From the NCBI RefSeq assembly GCF_032444005.1, contig NC_091290.1:119908001-119972000 (forward strand): 64,000 bases of DNA, written 5' to 3'. The notes under the pieces are model-generated. The model worked only from the letters and a program-made list of their open reading frames with translations. It made no database searches and was not told where the DNA came from. A program made the position numbers and the translations under genes. Shown here in pieces: positions 49,501 to 61,020 of the stretch. Each line of letters opens with the position of its first letter. Position 1 is the first letter of the stretch. The stretch is from Ranitomeya imitator (taxonomy: Eukaryota).

Positions 49501-52140
49501 CATAGACAGGAGGCAGGCAGAGGGGGCCAGGGAATCACAGACAGGAGGCAGGCAGAGGGGGCGGGGAATCAGACAGGAGGCAGGCAGAGGGGGGCGGGGA
49601 ATCACAGACAGGAGGCAGGCAGAGGGGGCGGGGAATCCCAGACAGAAGGCAGAGGGGGGCGGGGAGTCACAAACAGGAGGCAGGCAGAGGGGCGGGGAAT
49701 CAGACAGGAGGCAGCTGGAGGGGGCAGGGAATCACAGATAGGAGGCAGGCAGAGGGGGTGAGGAGGCAGGCAGAGGGGGCGGGGAATCACAGAAAGGAGG
49801 CAGGCGTAGGGGGTGGGGAATCACAGACAGGAGGCAGAGGGGCAGGGAATCAGACAGGAGGCATCCGGAGAGGGGCGGGGAATCACAGACAGAAGGCAGA
49901 GGGGGGGCGGGGAGTCACAAACAGGAGGCAGGCAGAGGGGCGGGGAATCAGACAGGAGGCATCCGGAGAGGGGCGGGGAATCACAGATAGGAGGCAGGCA
50001 GAGGGGGCGGGGAATCACAGACAGGAGGCAGGCAGAGGGGGGCGGGGAATTAGACAGGAGGCAGGCGGAGGGGGCGGGGAATCACAGACAGGAGGCAGGC
50101 AGAGGGGGCGGGGAATTAGGAGGCAGGCGGAGGGGCGGGGAATCACAGACAGAAGGCGAATCAGACACGAGGCAGGTGGAGGCAGGCGGAGAATCACAGA
50201 CAGGAAGCAGGTGGAAGGAGGCAGTGAATCACAGATAGGAGACAGATGGAGGGGGTGGGGAATCACAGATAGGAGGCAGGCGGAGGGGGCGGAGAAGCAC
50301 AGACACGAGGCAGGCGGAGGGGGCCGAGGAATCACAGACAGGAGGCAGGCGGAGGGGACCGGGGAATCACAGAATGGAGGCAGGCGGAGGGGACCGTTGA
50401 ATCACAGAACGGAGGCTGACAGAGGGGCCGGGGAATCACAGACAGGAGGCAGGCAGAGGGGGCGGGGAATCATAGACAGGAGGCAGGCAGAGGGGGGTGG
50501 GGAATCAGACAGGAGGCAGCTGGAGGGGGCGGAGAATCATAGACAGGAGGCAGGCAGAGGGGGCCAGGGAATCACAGACAGGAGGCAGGCAGAGGGGGCG
50601 GGGAATCAGACAGGAGGCAGGCAGAGGGGGGCGGGGAATCACAGACAGGAGGCAGGCAGAGGGGGCGGGGAATCCCAGACAGAAGGCAGAGGGGGGCGGG
50701 GAGTCACAAACAGGAGGCAGGCAGAGGGGCGGGGAATCAGACAGGAGGCAGCTGGAGGGGGCAGGGAATCACAGATAGGAGGCAGGCAGAGGGGGTGAGG
50801 AGGCAGGCAGAGGGGGCGGGGAATCACAGAAAGGAGGCAGGCGTAGGGGGTGGGGAATCACAGACAGGAGGCAGAGGGGCAGGGAATCAGACAGGAGGCA
50901 TCCGGAGAGGGGCGGGGAATCACAGACAGAAGGCAGAGGGGGGGCGGGGAGTCACAAACAGGAGGCAGGCAGAGGGGCGGGGAATCAGACAGGAGGCATC
51001 CGGAGAGGGGCGGGGAATCACAGATAGGAGGCAGGCAGAGGGGGCGGGGAATCACAGACAGGAGGCAGGCAGAGGGGGGCGGGGAATTAGACAGGAGGCA
51101 GCTGGAGAATCACATATAGGAGGCAGGCAGAGGGGGCGGGGAATTACACAGGAGGCAGGCAGAGGGGGGGTGGGGAATCAGACAGGAGGCAGGTGGAGGG
51201 GCAGAGGAATCACAGAAAGGAGGCAGGCAGAGGGGGCAGAGGAATCACAGAAAGGAGGCAGGCAGAGGGGGGCGGGGAATCAGACAGAAGGCAGCTGGAG
51301 GGGGGGCAAGGAATCACAGATAGGAGGCAGGCAGGGGGGGTGAGGAGGCAGGCAGAGGGGGCGGGGAATCACAGAGAGGAGGCAGGCGGAGGGGGCGGGG
51401 AATCACAGACAGGAGGCAGGCAGAGGGGCGGGGAATCAGACAGGAGGCAGCTAGAGGGGGGCGGGGAATCACAGATAGGAGGCAGGCAGAGGGGGCGGGG
51501 AATCAGACAGGAGGCATCCGGAGAGGGGCGGGGAATCACAGATAGGAGGCAGGCAGAGGGGCAGGGAATCAGACAGGAGGCAGCTAGAGGGGGGCGGGGA
51601 ATCACAGATAGGAGGCAGGCAGAGGGGGCGGGGAATCAGACAGGAGGCATCCGGAGAGGGGCGGGGAATCACAGATAGGAGGCAGGCAGAGGGGCAGGGA
51701 ATCAGACAGGAGGCATCCGGAGAGGGGCGGGGAATCACAGATAGGAGGCAGGCAGAGGGGGCGGGGAATCAGACAGGAGGCATCCGGAGAGGGGCGGGGA
51801 ATCACAGATAGGAGGCAGGCAGAGGGGCGAGGAATCAGACAGGAGGCAGCTGGAGGGGGGCGGGGAAATCACAGATAGGAGGCAGGCAGAGGGGCAGGGA
51901 ATCAGACAGGAGGCATCCGGAGAGGGGCGGGGAATCACGGATAGGAGGCAGGCAGAGGGGGCGGGGAATCACTGACAGGAGCAGACAAAGAAAGCTGGGG
52001 AAATCACAGAACGCAGGCAGGCGGAAATCACAGCCAGGAGCAGGCCGAGGAATCACAGACAGGGATGAGAAGATCCAGTGTACGGTCCGGCCCCTCTGCA
52101 CCGAAATCCAATTAGCAGAAAGCTTGAGATGGTGATTAAA
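46502..52140. mobile_element. Foldback/MITE-like element with ~100-bp terminal inverted repeats enclosing a satellite
   Basis: 46502-46606 aligns to the reverse complement of about 52044-52140 (TTTA(A)ATCACCATYTCAAGYTTTCTGCTAATT...GTGCASAGGGGCC), roughly 75-80% identical by eye. Confidence 0.7.
46670..52060 (+). repeat. 5.4-kb purine/G-rich minisatellite (30-35 bp unit GGGGAATCACAGACAGGAGGCAGGCAGAGGGGGC) with a 1037-bp higher-order repeat
   Basis: Unit directly visible, about 160 copies; the variant marker AATTAGACAG recurs at 47974, 49011, 50048 and 51085. Confidence 0.95.
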
Positions 52141-53639
52141 TAACAACAACAATGCGGATTTCTTCACCAAAGATATGAATGTACCGTAATCAGTATTACA
52201 GGCATGTCTTTCCAAAATTCATGTCGACATGTTCTCTTTAATTGACGTTAACCTGGAGAACCAGTCCGCTAATTGCTCTAGGCAGTTATTTCCATGTAGA
52301 TAAATTATAGTCTGATCTTCATGAATTTTTACAAGAAACTATGGGAGTCAATGATGAGTGAGTGCCAGGTAGGAAACCTTTCCCCTCGTCTTCCTGGGAT
52401 CCCAGGATTATGTATTGTTCTATGTTCATTGGTGGAGAATTAGTGTGCGTGGGAGGGTTGTCGATCAAGAAAGAAAAAATAAATATATAGCATGTTCTAC
52501 CTACGAGTACATTGAGTGCCGAAGACCCCGAAAACTTTAATTAGGATCAATTGGAGGAAAACCATCTCAGCTATTCAGAGGAGCAGGAGTTATAAGAGTC
52601 GCTGTCAAACTCTGACATCTCCTTATCACCTGGAGCATAAAATGACTGGTCACTACCAATGCAACAGGAAAGATCATTCTACTCTATCAGGGAGAGTCTG
52701 GTGTTCCCCTGTAATTATAAAAAAACAAACAAAAAACAAACAAACAAAAAAACACACATTGAAACTACAGCAAGATGAATCCCCAAAATGGTAACTTGTT
52801 ATTCATAGATAAAGCCAGAAACAATTTCAAATACAACCTCAATTTAAAAAAAAACAAAAAAAAACAGACAAGTTTCAGACATTACTCCTTAGGCAACGAG
52901 TAAGGACTGTCTGAAAAGTGTGAGTATGTGTTTTTTTTTTTTTTTTAAAAAACGTTCAACTTCGATTTTTTTCTGGCTTTTTCTATAAACATTAAGTTAC
53001 CATTTTAAGGATTCACCTTGCTGGAATTTACATTTTTTCTGCTATACTGCAAGACTTCCATGCAATTTTGATCTGTATTCTCTCAGGTTGGCAGATCGTC
53101 TCCTGGTTTTTTGTTCACATGTCTCCGAGCGTTCCCCAACTCCAGACTGTGTTTTCAGAAATCTACTTACTATTGCACAGGTGATCATTTCATTTCTTTT
53201 GTGATATCAAGGTAATCCTGAAGACAAAGTCTGCTGGACCTTGAAGACTGGAGTTGGAGGAACACAGTATAAGGACACAGTCAGACGGATGTATAAATCT
53301 GTATGCGATACACGCACTGGTAGGTGGCTCTCCAAACTTGCCAACCCCGCAACATTTCAGAGTAAAACATATTTGTCAGCTTCCTACCGCCTCATAGAAG
53401 CATTAATTGGATGACAGGTTCCCTTTAATATAGTGAGCACATGTATTAGCGTAACGCCAAGCATCGCAGCCCCAGGAGATCCTACATCCACGTCAATAAA
53501 CATAGCAACTAAGCACTATACAAAGCATTTCAATTTATTGAAAGTATTCATTAAAGTGCAGGCTTGTGCATAAAATATGAGCACAAAGGGAAAAAAATAT
53601 TTTGAAATGCAAAGTAGCATACCGATAATATCGAAGTCT

Positions 53640-54305
53640 GCTCCGCAGCCAACCGAGCTCATGGCAAGACTGGCCGGTATGCTAGACTGGTTATGGCAGC
53701 CGACCGAGCTCATGGCAAGACTGGCCAGTATGCCAGATGGGTTATGGCAGCCCACCGAGCTCATGGCAAAGACTGGCCAGTATGCTAGATGGGTTACGGC
53801 AGCCGGCCGAGCTCAAGGCAAGACTGGCCAGTATGCTAGATGGGTTACGACAGCTGACCGATCTCATGGCAAGACTGGCCAGTATACTAGACTGGTTACA
53901 GCAGCCGACCAAGCTTATGGCAAGACTGGCCAGTATGCTAGACTGGTTACGGCAGCCGACCGAGCTCATGGCAAGACTGGCCAGTATGCTAGACTGGTTA
54001 CGGCAGCCGACTGAGCTCAAGGCAACACTGGCCAGTATGCTAGATGGGTTACGACAGCTGACCGATCTCATGGCAAGACTGGCCAGTATACTAGACTGGT
54101 TACAGCAGCCGACCAAGCTTATGGCAAGACTGGCCAGTATACTAGACTGGTTACGGCAGCCGACCAAGCTCATGGCAAGACTGGCCAGTATGCTAGATGG
54201 GTTACGGCAGCTGAACGAGCTCATGGCAAGACTGGCCAGTAATCTAGATGGTTACGGCAGCCGACCAAGCTCAGGGCAAGACTGGCCGGTATGCTAGATG
54301 GGTTA
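53640..54305 (+). repeat. 51-bp minisatellite x13, probably in the HERPUD1 3' UTR
   Basis: Unit GGCAGCCGACCGAGCTCATGGCAAGACTGGCCAGTATGCTAGACTGGTTAC; a variant block recurs at 204-bp spacing (53811/54015). Confidence 0.95.
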
Positions 54306-54583
54306 CCGTTTGTAAACCTTAACACTACAATTAGTGTAAATTATGCAGATATTCCACAAGGAATCAAATGACATGAGCAGAGTGGGGAAAGGGGTTCTGC
54401 TCAGATTTATAGTTGCGTACACCTCTTTGGACTTGTATAAAAAGTAAGAAATCCATCTCAGATCGTCTTCCCCGAAACACTACGAAGCATCGGTCCCTTG
54501 ATCAGGCCAACGCTCGCCACGTAGAAGGTGGAAGACTAGAAGCATGCGGCTCGAAGTCCGAACGTCCATTATTGATTCTAACA

Positions 54584-57500
54584 TCACTGAACCGCGGCTG
54601 GAGGGCCTTCAGGAATCAAAGAGGCAAAAAAAGTTTTGAAAAACACCCAAGCAGTAAATACATATGAATTTGGAGGAAGAGGAGCGGCCGCGGGCTCGTT
54701 GACCACATCTTCTCTGGTGGGTTCGTTTTCCTGCAGAGAAAGAAGGCTATGGTAATCATCTACTTATCTAACAAACTATATATAATCAGAACTGAACAGG
54801 GCGCAGAAAGTAATGGGTTAATTTAAAGTAGCCCCATGACTACTGCAACCAGTTCGTAGACTCATGCCGTACTACTGGCATCACCGCAAGAATCAGCAGT
54901 GGCCAGTTCGGGGGAGCCGCCAGGGTCTCTTCACTGGATTGACAAGTATAGATTTTACACCTTGTCACGGCGGGATTGCTGCTATGCTTTTTTGATAGGA
55001 AAAGGTTTAACCAAGTACTATATACATATGCTGCTCGCTTACATTAGGGTTCATGCTCATTTTCTTTTTAGCTTACGTTTTGTTTTGTCTTTTAAATGGC
55101 CACAGTGTGAACATGCTCTTACACATTGCATTTATACCAACTTATACTCCGCCTCATTTATTTGGTCTTGCTGTAGTTTCTTGCACTTTGTACAAACAGG
55201 GGGCATGGATCCCCCTTCTGAGTTAGGCATTTCATCTATACAGCTTCCCATGGGCAGGTGTCTGAGCAGTCAGGCCCTGGTCCTGCTCTGCCCCCATCTA
55301 CACTGAAAAGGCACAGATGATTGGCCTCGGGGAGACCAAAACATTCAACACCGCGGAGACACCATCACGTGTTTCTCAACGAAGTGATTCCAGAACACTG
55401 CCCCCATCCCTTATGGGAAATATGCAGATGCATGAAAAGAAGCTGCAGAGACACCATCACATGTTTCTCGACGCAAGCAGTGAATAGCCAGGCCTTTCCC
55501 CGGGAAGGAACAACCACGGGAAGGGCAGCATCCTATGAAGGAAAGCCACCTATGCCAAGCATGGTATCCATCCACAGACAGCTGTTTCGGGCATATTTCC
55601 CATAAGGGATGGGGGCAGTGTTCTGGAATCACTGCGTTGAGAAACACGTGATGGTGTCTCCGCGGTGTTGGATGTTTTGGTCTCCCCGAGGCCAATCATC
55701 TGTGCCTTTATAGCCTTTTTACTAGGCACTGCTCCTAATAGCCAGATTCCTACTCCACACTGATGAGGGGCAAAACCCCGAAACAGCTGTCTGTGGATGG
55801 ATACCATGCTTGGCATAGGTGGCTATCCTTCATAGGATGCTGCCCTTCCCGTGGTTGTTCCTTCCCGGGGAAAGGCCTGGCTATTCACTGCTTGCGTCGA
55901 GAAACACGTGATGGTGTCTCCGCAGCTTCTTTTCATGCATCCATCTACACTGAAGTCGGCTGACACATAGAAAGGTTTAATACTAGAGGATAGGACCATC
56001 CCGATTGGGTACACTAGGTGGGATGGCTTTTTAGTTTTTTTTTTTTTTATAGCAAAGTAGTGTTAACCAAGAGCCCTGCTATTTACATGTGCTATTACTA
56101 ATCATTTACTATAGGGTATATGCTCATTTTGTTCTATCTTAGGTTTACATGTTTTAGGGAAAAAAAAAATTATGCAAGCAAAAATTAAAAATTGGAGAAG
56201 CAATTGTCCAAAGCAACAAGTTTCCAGCTTTAATTTTTAAGAAATCTTTTGAAAACTGAAAGGCAAGTATTCTACTCGTGCCTTATCCTAATGGGTTGGG
56301 AGATGCGAGTAGGGAAAGTGACTCAAAAATGTATAAGCCACTAGACAAGTCTACACCTAAGGAGCTTACCTGCAAGTTGTTGTTTGGATCTTGGTGGTTT
56401 GGGACAGGTTGTTGGACAGGGGCCGCAACTTCCTGTGGGGGTCTCTGTCTGAAGGGAAACAATCCTGCTGTGTGTCTAAAATAAAAGAATGAAATACACT
56501 TTAATCTGAGCTCTGCAGGTCCCATTAATAGATTATGGGTCTCATTTTTTGCCGTGATCGGTCACTGCTGTATAAAATAATTCTTACCCCTTCATCCAGA
56601 AGAGGATTGTGAGGTCAGACATGGAAATTGGGGGAGGCCGGGGTCACAATCACTGTTCTAGCTCATCACCAAACATGTTGGATGGGACCGAGGTCCGGGC
56701 TTTGTGAAACCGCTCATGTTCTTCCCACCAAACTCCCCCAATCCTGGACCTTGTGCTCCTAGGCACATATCTTGGTAACAGAAAATGACCTTTCCTAAAT
56801 GGTTACTACAAATCCAAAATATTTTGTGCTGAAATATTAAGATTTCCCTTCACTAGAACAATTGGACCGAGGCCGACCCCCCAAAACATCCCCTTAGCTA
56901 AATCCCTCTTCCACCAAAGTCCAGGCATTCTCCAAGACCAGACATGTGATTTGTTCCTGCACATAGTTCAATGCTGGCAGCTTTACACCACTCGCTCCAA
57001 TTGTCAGCATTGTGCTTGGTGGTGTAAGGCTGCATGCAGCTTCTAGGCCGTGGAATCCAAGTGCGATCTGCTGCTACACAGAGCAAAAATGAAAGCTACA
57101 GTCCGCTACCGATTCGTTGAAAAATTCACCCCTACTGATGTGAACACAGCCCAAGCCTCTACTCTTCCTAGCCGATTTCCATATAGGATACTCACAGGTA
57201 CATCAGGATCATGGCGCCCAGGACCATCATGAATCGGCTCAGGCTGGAGTAGAAGTAGAGGATACTGAGGAATATGGAAAAGCGTGCGGCTGTGTACACC
57301 CAGTCCAACCAGTCTCTGTTGAAGTCGTCTTCTTCCTCCACCAGGCCTCCTTGAGCATTCATCCGCAGGTTTGGATTAGCTACTGGATTAACTGCAGCGG
57401 GAGCTTCTGGATTGGGAGCCTGGTTGGCAGCAGGGAAAGGATGGGGCAAAGGGTCCGGAGCAGCAGGTGGCACAACTGGTAGCTCCTGTCTTCTCTGGGA

Positions 57501-60217
57501 AGGAGGACTGGTGGCCGTAGCAGCGGCGGCAGCATAGCTATAGGGCAAGGACAAAAAGTTACAAAAAAAGCACAAGTAATCTCACAAAAGTAAACTTAAA
57601 GCAATTAACCCCCTCTCCCACCTTGGGCAAAAACCCCAATTATAAAGCAAACTACCGCATGGATGCCACCATCAGATATACAGGTACTTACTACTGCATA
57701 TAGTACTGTCTGGCGTACATCTGCTGCAGCCATATGATCTGCTGCGGGCTGTACACCGAGAACGGGGAGAAAGAAGAAGCATTTACGTCTTCAGAGCTTT
57801 AAAGAAAAGAGAAGTTGATATTAATCTCTAATAAGACGTAGCAGTAATCTGAGCAATAATCTGCGTCACCGGTATGTGTCATAAGTACCCGGGTGTGTCT
57901 ATTTGTGCCGCGGGAGAACTCTGTGGGACGATCCGCTGTCTGATGCCGTCCGCCGGAGGAGCGGAGGGGCTGGGTGAGCCATGCCCCTCCGTGCCCGCTG
58001 TAGGCTGCTGTTTGCTTTCCTGAGTCTGAAAGCAATTAAGGTAATTAGCGAAAAAGTCCAGTGACATTAGGGGATTTTACACTAACAACTAGTGCAACCT
58101 ATTAGGCAAATCTGGATCTTTGTCCCAAGCAAAGCCGAACGGCACTAAACAGAATTTAAGCGTGGCCGTCATTTCACAATAAGCTGTAACAATCATTCTG
58201 GCTATTATAGGACTTGTATCCTGCCGTTTGTCCGGGGCTAGAGAGTGGAATTTAGCTGCTATAATGTCTTCTATACAGAGCACATAGACATCTGCTCTCC
58301 TGTGTGTATATAGCACAGTACAGATAGCATAATACACAAGGACTGAACTGTGTAGCTGTGAATCCCCGCACCGCGTAGCTGCCAATCCTCGCCACCGCAC
58401 AGCTGCCAGTCCCCGCCACCGCACAGCTGCCATTACCCGCCACCGCGTAAGCTGAAAAATCCCACATTGTGTAAGCTGCAAATCCCCCACTGTGTAAGCT
58501 GCAAATCCCACACTGTGTAGCTGTGAATCCTGCACTGAAGAAGACACTTGGTAGAATTTGCAGCGCGGTCTTCCTCCCCCTCCGTATAGTTCAGTTGACC
58601 ATCGCACGTGTCACCCCATCCTCAGGGTTCTGGGATTACACTGTGCCATTGGGTTGATATGCACCTGGGTATCTAATAAGGTGCTTAGAACTGCACTACG
58701 TTTTACAGAATGAAGGATTTAAGAAATAAATAAGAATAATCACATTACCTGGTTGTGCACAGCACTTCTAATGGAGCAGACAAGGTGCAATACATGCCGG
58801 ACTTCCTGCAAACCAAAAACAAACAGGACTACATGAACAGCGCCTGATTGAATGAAGTGGCGCCGACAGCAACGCCCGGGCAGCAGATCTTTACCTTGGA
58901 CAGGACCTCATCCAGCTTCAGATGGTCGGGAAGGAGCTTTCCCGAATAGATCAGGCGCTGTTCTTGTTCCATCTGCAGATCGAAAAAAAAAAAAAGAACA
59001 GATGTCAGTTTTGTACCAGCGACGAAGTGTAACTTACAGCACAGGAGGGGCACGGATCTCCGGGAGCTTGTGTAGCTAAGCCGGCAGATTCCCTACTATG
59101 AGGGGCTCTGATCCAAAAATTCATAAGGCGAAGGTTTCACATTGCCCAGGGCTGATCCTCATGGGGTGCTCCCAGTCTGTGTCATGTAGACTCCTGGCAT
59201 CATGGCTGCCATCGCTGATCAGTGTCGCCAACAGTACAGCATGTGACCAAGACGGGGGGCGACAGGGTCAGCAACATGCACATGTATTTACAAAGTTGCC
59301 AAATGTTAGATCCATAGACATGAAGAAACCGAAGATCTGTGGCTTATAGGCTCTGAAGACTGATTTGGGGGATTTCCTGAAAGAAAGTCCGGCAGCCATA
59401 TGTCGCCCTATTGCCCCGTGCATGGATGATCACAATACCGGGGGCATTTGGCTCTCTTCACCATCACCTAACAGGACAAACTGATGATCGGGCAATGACG
59501 TGGCTTCTGTGTGTTACATAGCCGGCACCAGATGCCACCCATGTAGCTCAAACCCCCATAGCCGGCACCAGATGCCCCCTAGCTAGCTCAGACCCCCATA
59601 GCCGGCATCAGATGCCCCCCAGCTAGCTCAGACCTTCATAGCCAGCACGAGATTCCACCCAGCTAGCTCAGACCTTCATAGCCAGCACCAGATGCCACCC
59701 AGCTAGCTCAGACCCCCATAGCCGGCACCAGATGCCCCCCAGCTAGCTCAGACCCCCATAGCCGGCACCAGATGCCCCCCAGCTAGCTCAGACCCCCATA
59801 GCCAGCACCAGATGCCCCCCAGCTAGCTCAGACCCCCATAGCTGGCACCAGATGCCACCCAGCTAGTACAGACCCCCATAGCCGGCACCAGATGCCACCC
59901 AGCTAGCTCAGACCCCCATAACCGGCACCAGATGCCCCCCAGCTAGCTCAGACCCCCATAGCCAGCACCAGATGCCCCCCAGCTAGCTCAGATCCCCATA
60001 GCTGGCACCAGATGCCACCCTGCTAGCTCAGACCCCCATAGCCGGCACCAGATGCCCCCCAGCTAGCTCAGACCCCCAAAAGCTAACACCCTAAATGCCA
60101 TGGAATACAGTGACAGTGACATTTAAAGGGACCCCATTTGGTGCTGATCTGTCGCCTATTGGAGCCCACTCCCAGCGTCCGCCATGTTACTGCAATAGTA
60201 CAAGGAACCAATTAAAA

Positions 60218-60271
<54 letters not shown>

Positions 60272-60729
60272 ATATCCACTCTTTTGCCCAAACAGTAAAA
60301 AAAAAAAAAATCACCCAGTAAGAAAGGGGTTAAAGGACGGTTGTGAATAGTTGTCACTGCAGTGGCTGATAACAGAGAGCACTAGATAGCTCAGTGTCAG
60401 GGCCGAGCTGCACAACAGCTGGTGAAGTCCTCAGCAGCAGTTTACGTGTACAGAAGCTTTGCTGAGACGTATAGTCCTACGGTCACGTGACTCTTGGGGT
60501 CCAGGGGCTATATCGCGATAGCACTGATGTAATCAAATCCCCAGGGGGAGGGGTCTTGTACGGTGGGGGGTGGGGAGGGCAGTTCCGTTCCTACCGGATG
60601 TCCGGGCAGCTCCCGTCTCAACTGCGACTTTAGATTCCGCACAGTAAAGCTGCGCGGAGCCGTCATCTCCCGCTCCTCCTGCTTTAGGCTGGGGCTGCGG
60701 ATCACCAGCGTCACTTCTCCGTCCGCCAT
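54584..60729 (-). CDS. HERPUD1: Homocysteine-responsive ER-resident ubiquitin-like domain protein 1 (HERP), complete, 8 exons, 368 aa
   Basis: Exons 60729-60595, 58972-58895, 58805-58749, 58025-57889, 57796-57692, 57537-57196, 56475-56370, 54730-54584 (1107 nt). UBL motif QRLIYSGKLL, QQMYARQYYMQY, NRDWLDW, TAWVFFKTFFASLIPEGPP. Assigned to HERPUD1 rather than HERPUD2 by adjacency to CETP. First canonical AATAAA downstream of the stop is at 53539-53534. Confidence 0.95.
55308..55940 (+). mobile_element. Retrozyme/Penelope-pLTR-like non-coding retroelement insertion with an inverted segment
   Basis: Flanked by a 14-bp direct repeat CCATCTACACTGAA (55294-55307, 55941-55954); internal arrangement A(55307-55425) B(55427-55591) A'(55591-55709) spacer B'(55777-55941); contains a hammerhead. 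Confidence 0.75.
55754..55797 (+). ncRNA. Minimal type-I hammerhead ribozyme
   Basis: Helix I UCCACA/UGUGGA, core CUGAUGA 55760-55766, helix II GGGG-CAAAA-CCCC, GAAA 55780-55783, palindromic helix III CAGCUG, cleavage triplet GUC (cut after 55791). Confidence 0.88.
58330..58530 (+). repeat. Short ~22-bp tandem repeats in HERPUD1 intron 3
   Basis: GCCACCGCACAGCTGCCA and TGTGTAAGCTGCAAATCCC units. Confidence 0.75.
59517..60080 (+). repeat. 40-bp minisatellite x14 in HERPUD1 intron 1
   Basis: Unit CATAGCCGGCACCAGATGCCCCCCAGCTAGCTCAGACCCC. Confidence 0.95.
60218..60269 (+). repeat. (TA)n microsatellite
   Basis: About 26 uninterrupted TA units. Confidence 0.95.
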
Positions 60730-60837
60730 CCTGGATCACAGACGCGCCACTTCCGGCCAACAAGCCTTTACACTCACTAGTGCCCTTTTACGCTCAGACA
60801 AGGCAAGGTGTATGTGAACGCGGAGCGAGTGCGCTCT

Positions 60838-61020
60838 GACTTATATAGCCACGTTCTGGTAACCATAACAGTGTGTGTCCGGCGTGGATTGGTCGCCTGT
60901 TGGTCTCGTGGCCAGACGTGTACCAACCAGTGAGGGGAGATTTGACAGTAGGCGGGGCGTGTCTGATGCAATCTGTAGGAAAATTCCTGAGGCGCTGCGC
61001 TAGTCTTTACGCATGCGCGG
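60838..61020 (-). promoter_or_regulatory. HERPUD1 ER-stress-responsive promoter
   Basis: TATATAA 60847-60841; CCAAT/CCACG cluster 60883-60911; ERSE-II-like GTTGG-T-ACACG about 60926-60916; GC box 60951-60960; perfect C/EBP-ATF (CARE/AARE) element TGATGCAAT 60964-60972; NRF1-like GCATGCGC 61011-61018. Confidence 0.75.

Noticed and set aside
46542-51938. Long ORFs (719, 469, 346 aa etc.) rich in G/R/Q/E
   Set aside because: They arise from the purine-rich satellite, which rarely forms stop codons; open in several frames at once, with no domain or splice structure.
53577-54297. ORFs with a 17-aa repeat (RLASMLDWLRQPTELMA)
   Set aside because: The 51-bp unit is a multiple of 3, frames are open on both strands, and a 1-bp insertion near 53768 shifts the frame; best explained as a non-coding minisatellite.
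55567-55591. Second hammerhead on the HERPUD1 sense strand within inverted segment B
   Set aside because: Only the 3' half (CCCGAAACAGCTGTCTGTGGA) is present; CUGAUGA and the 5' helix strands are missing, so it cannot cleave in cis.
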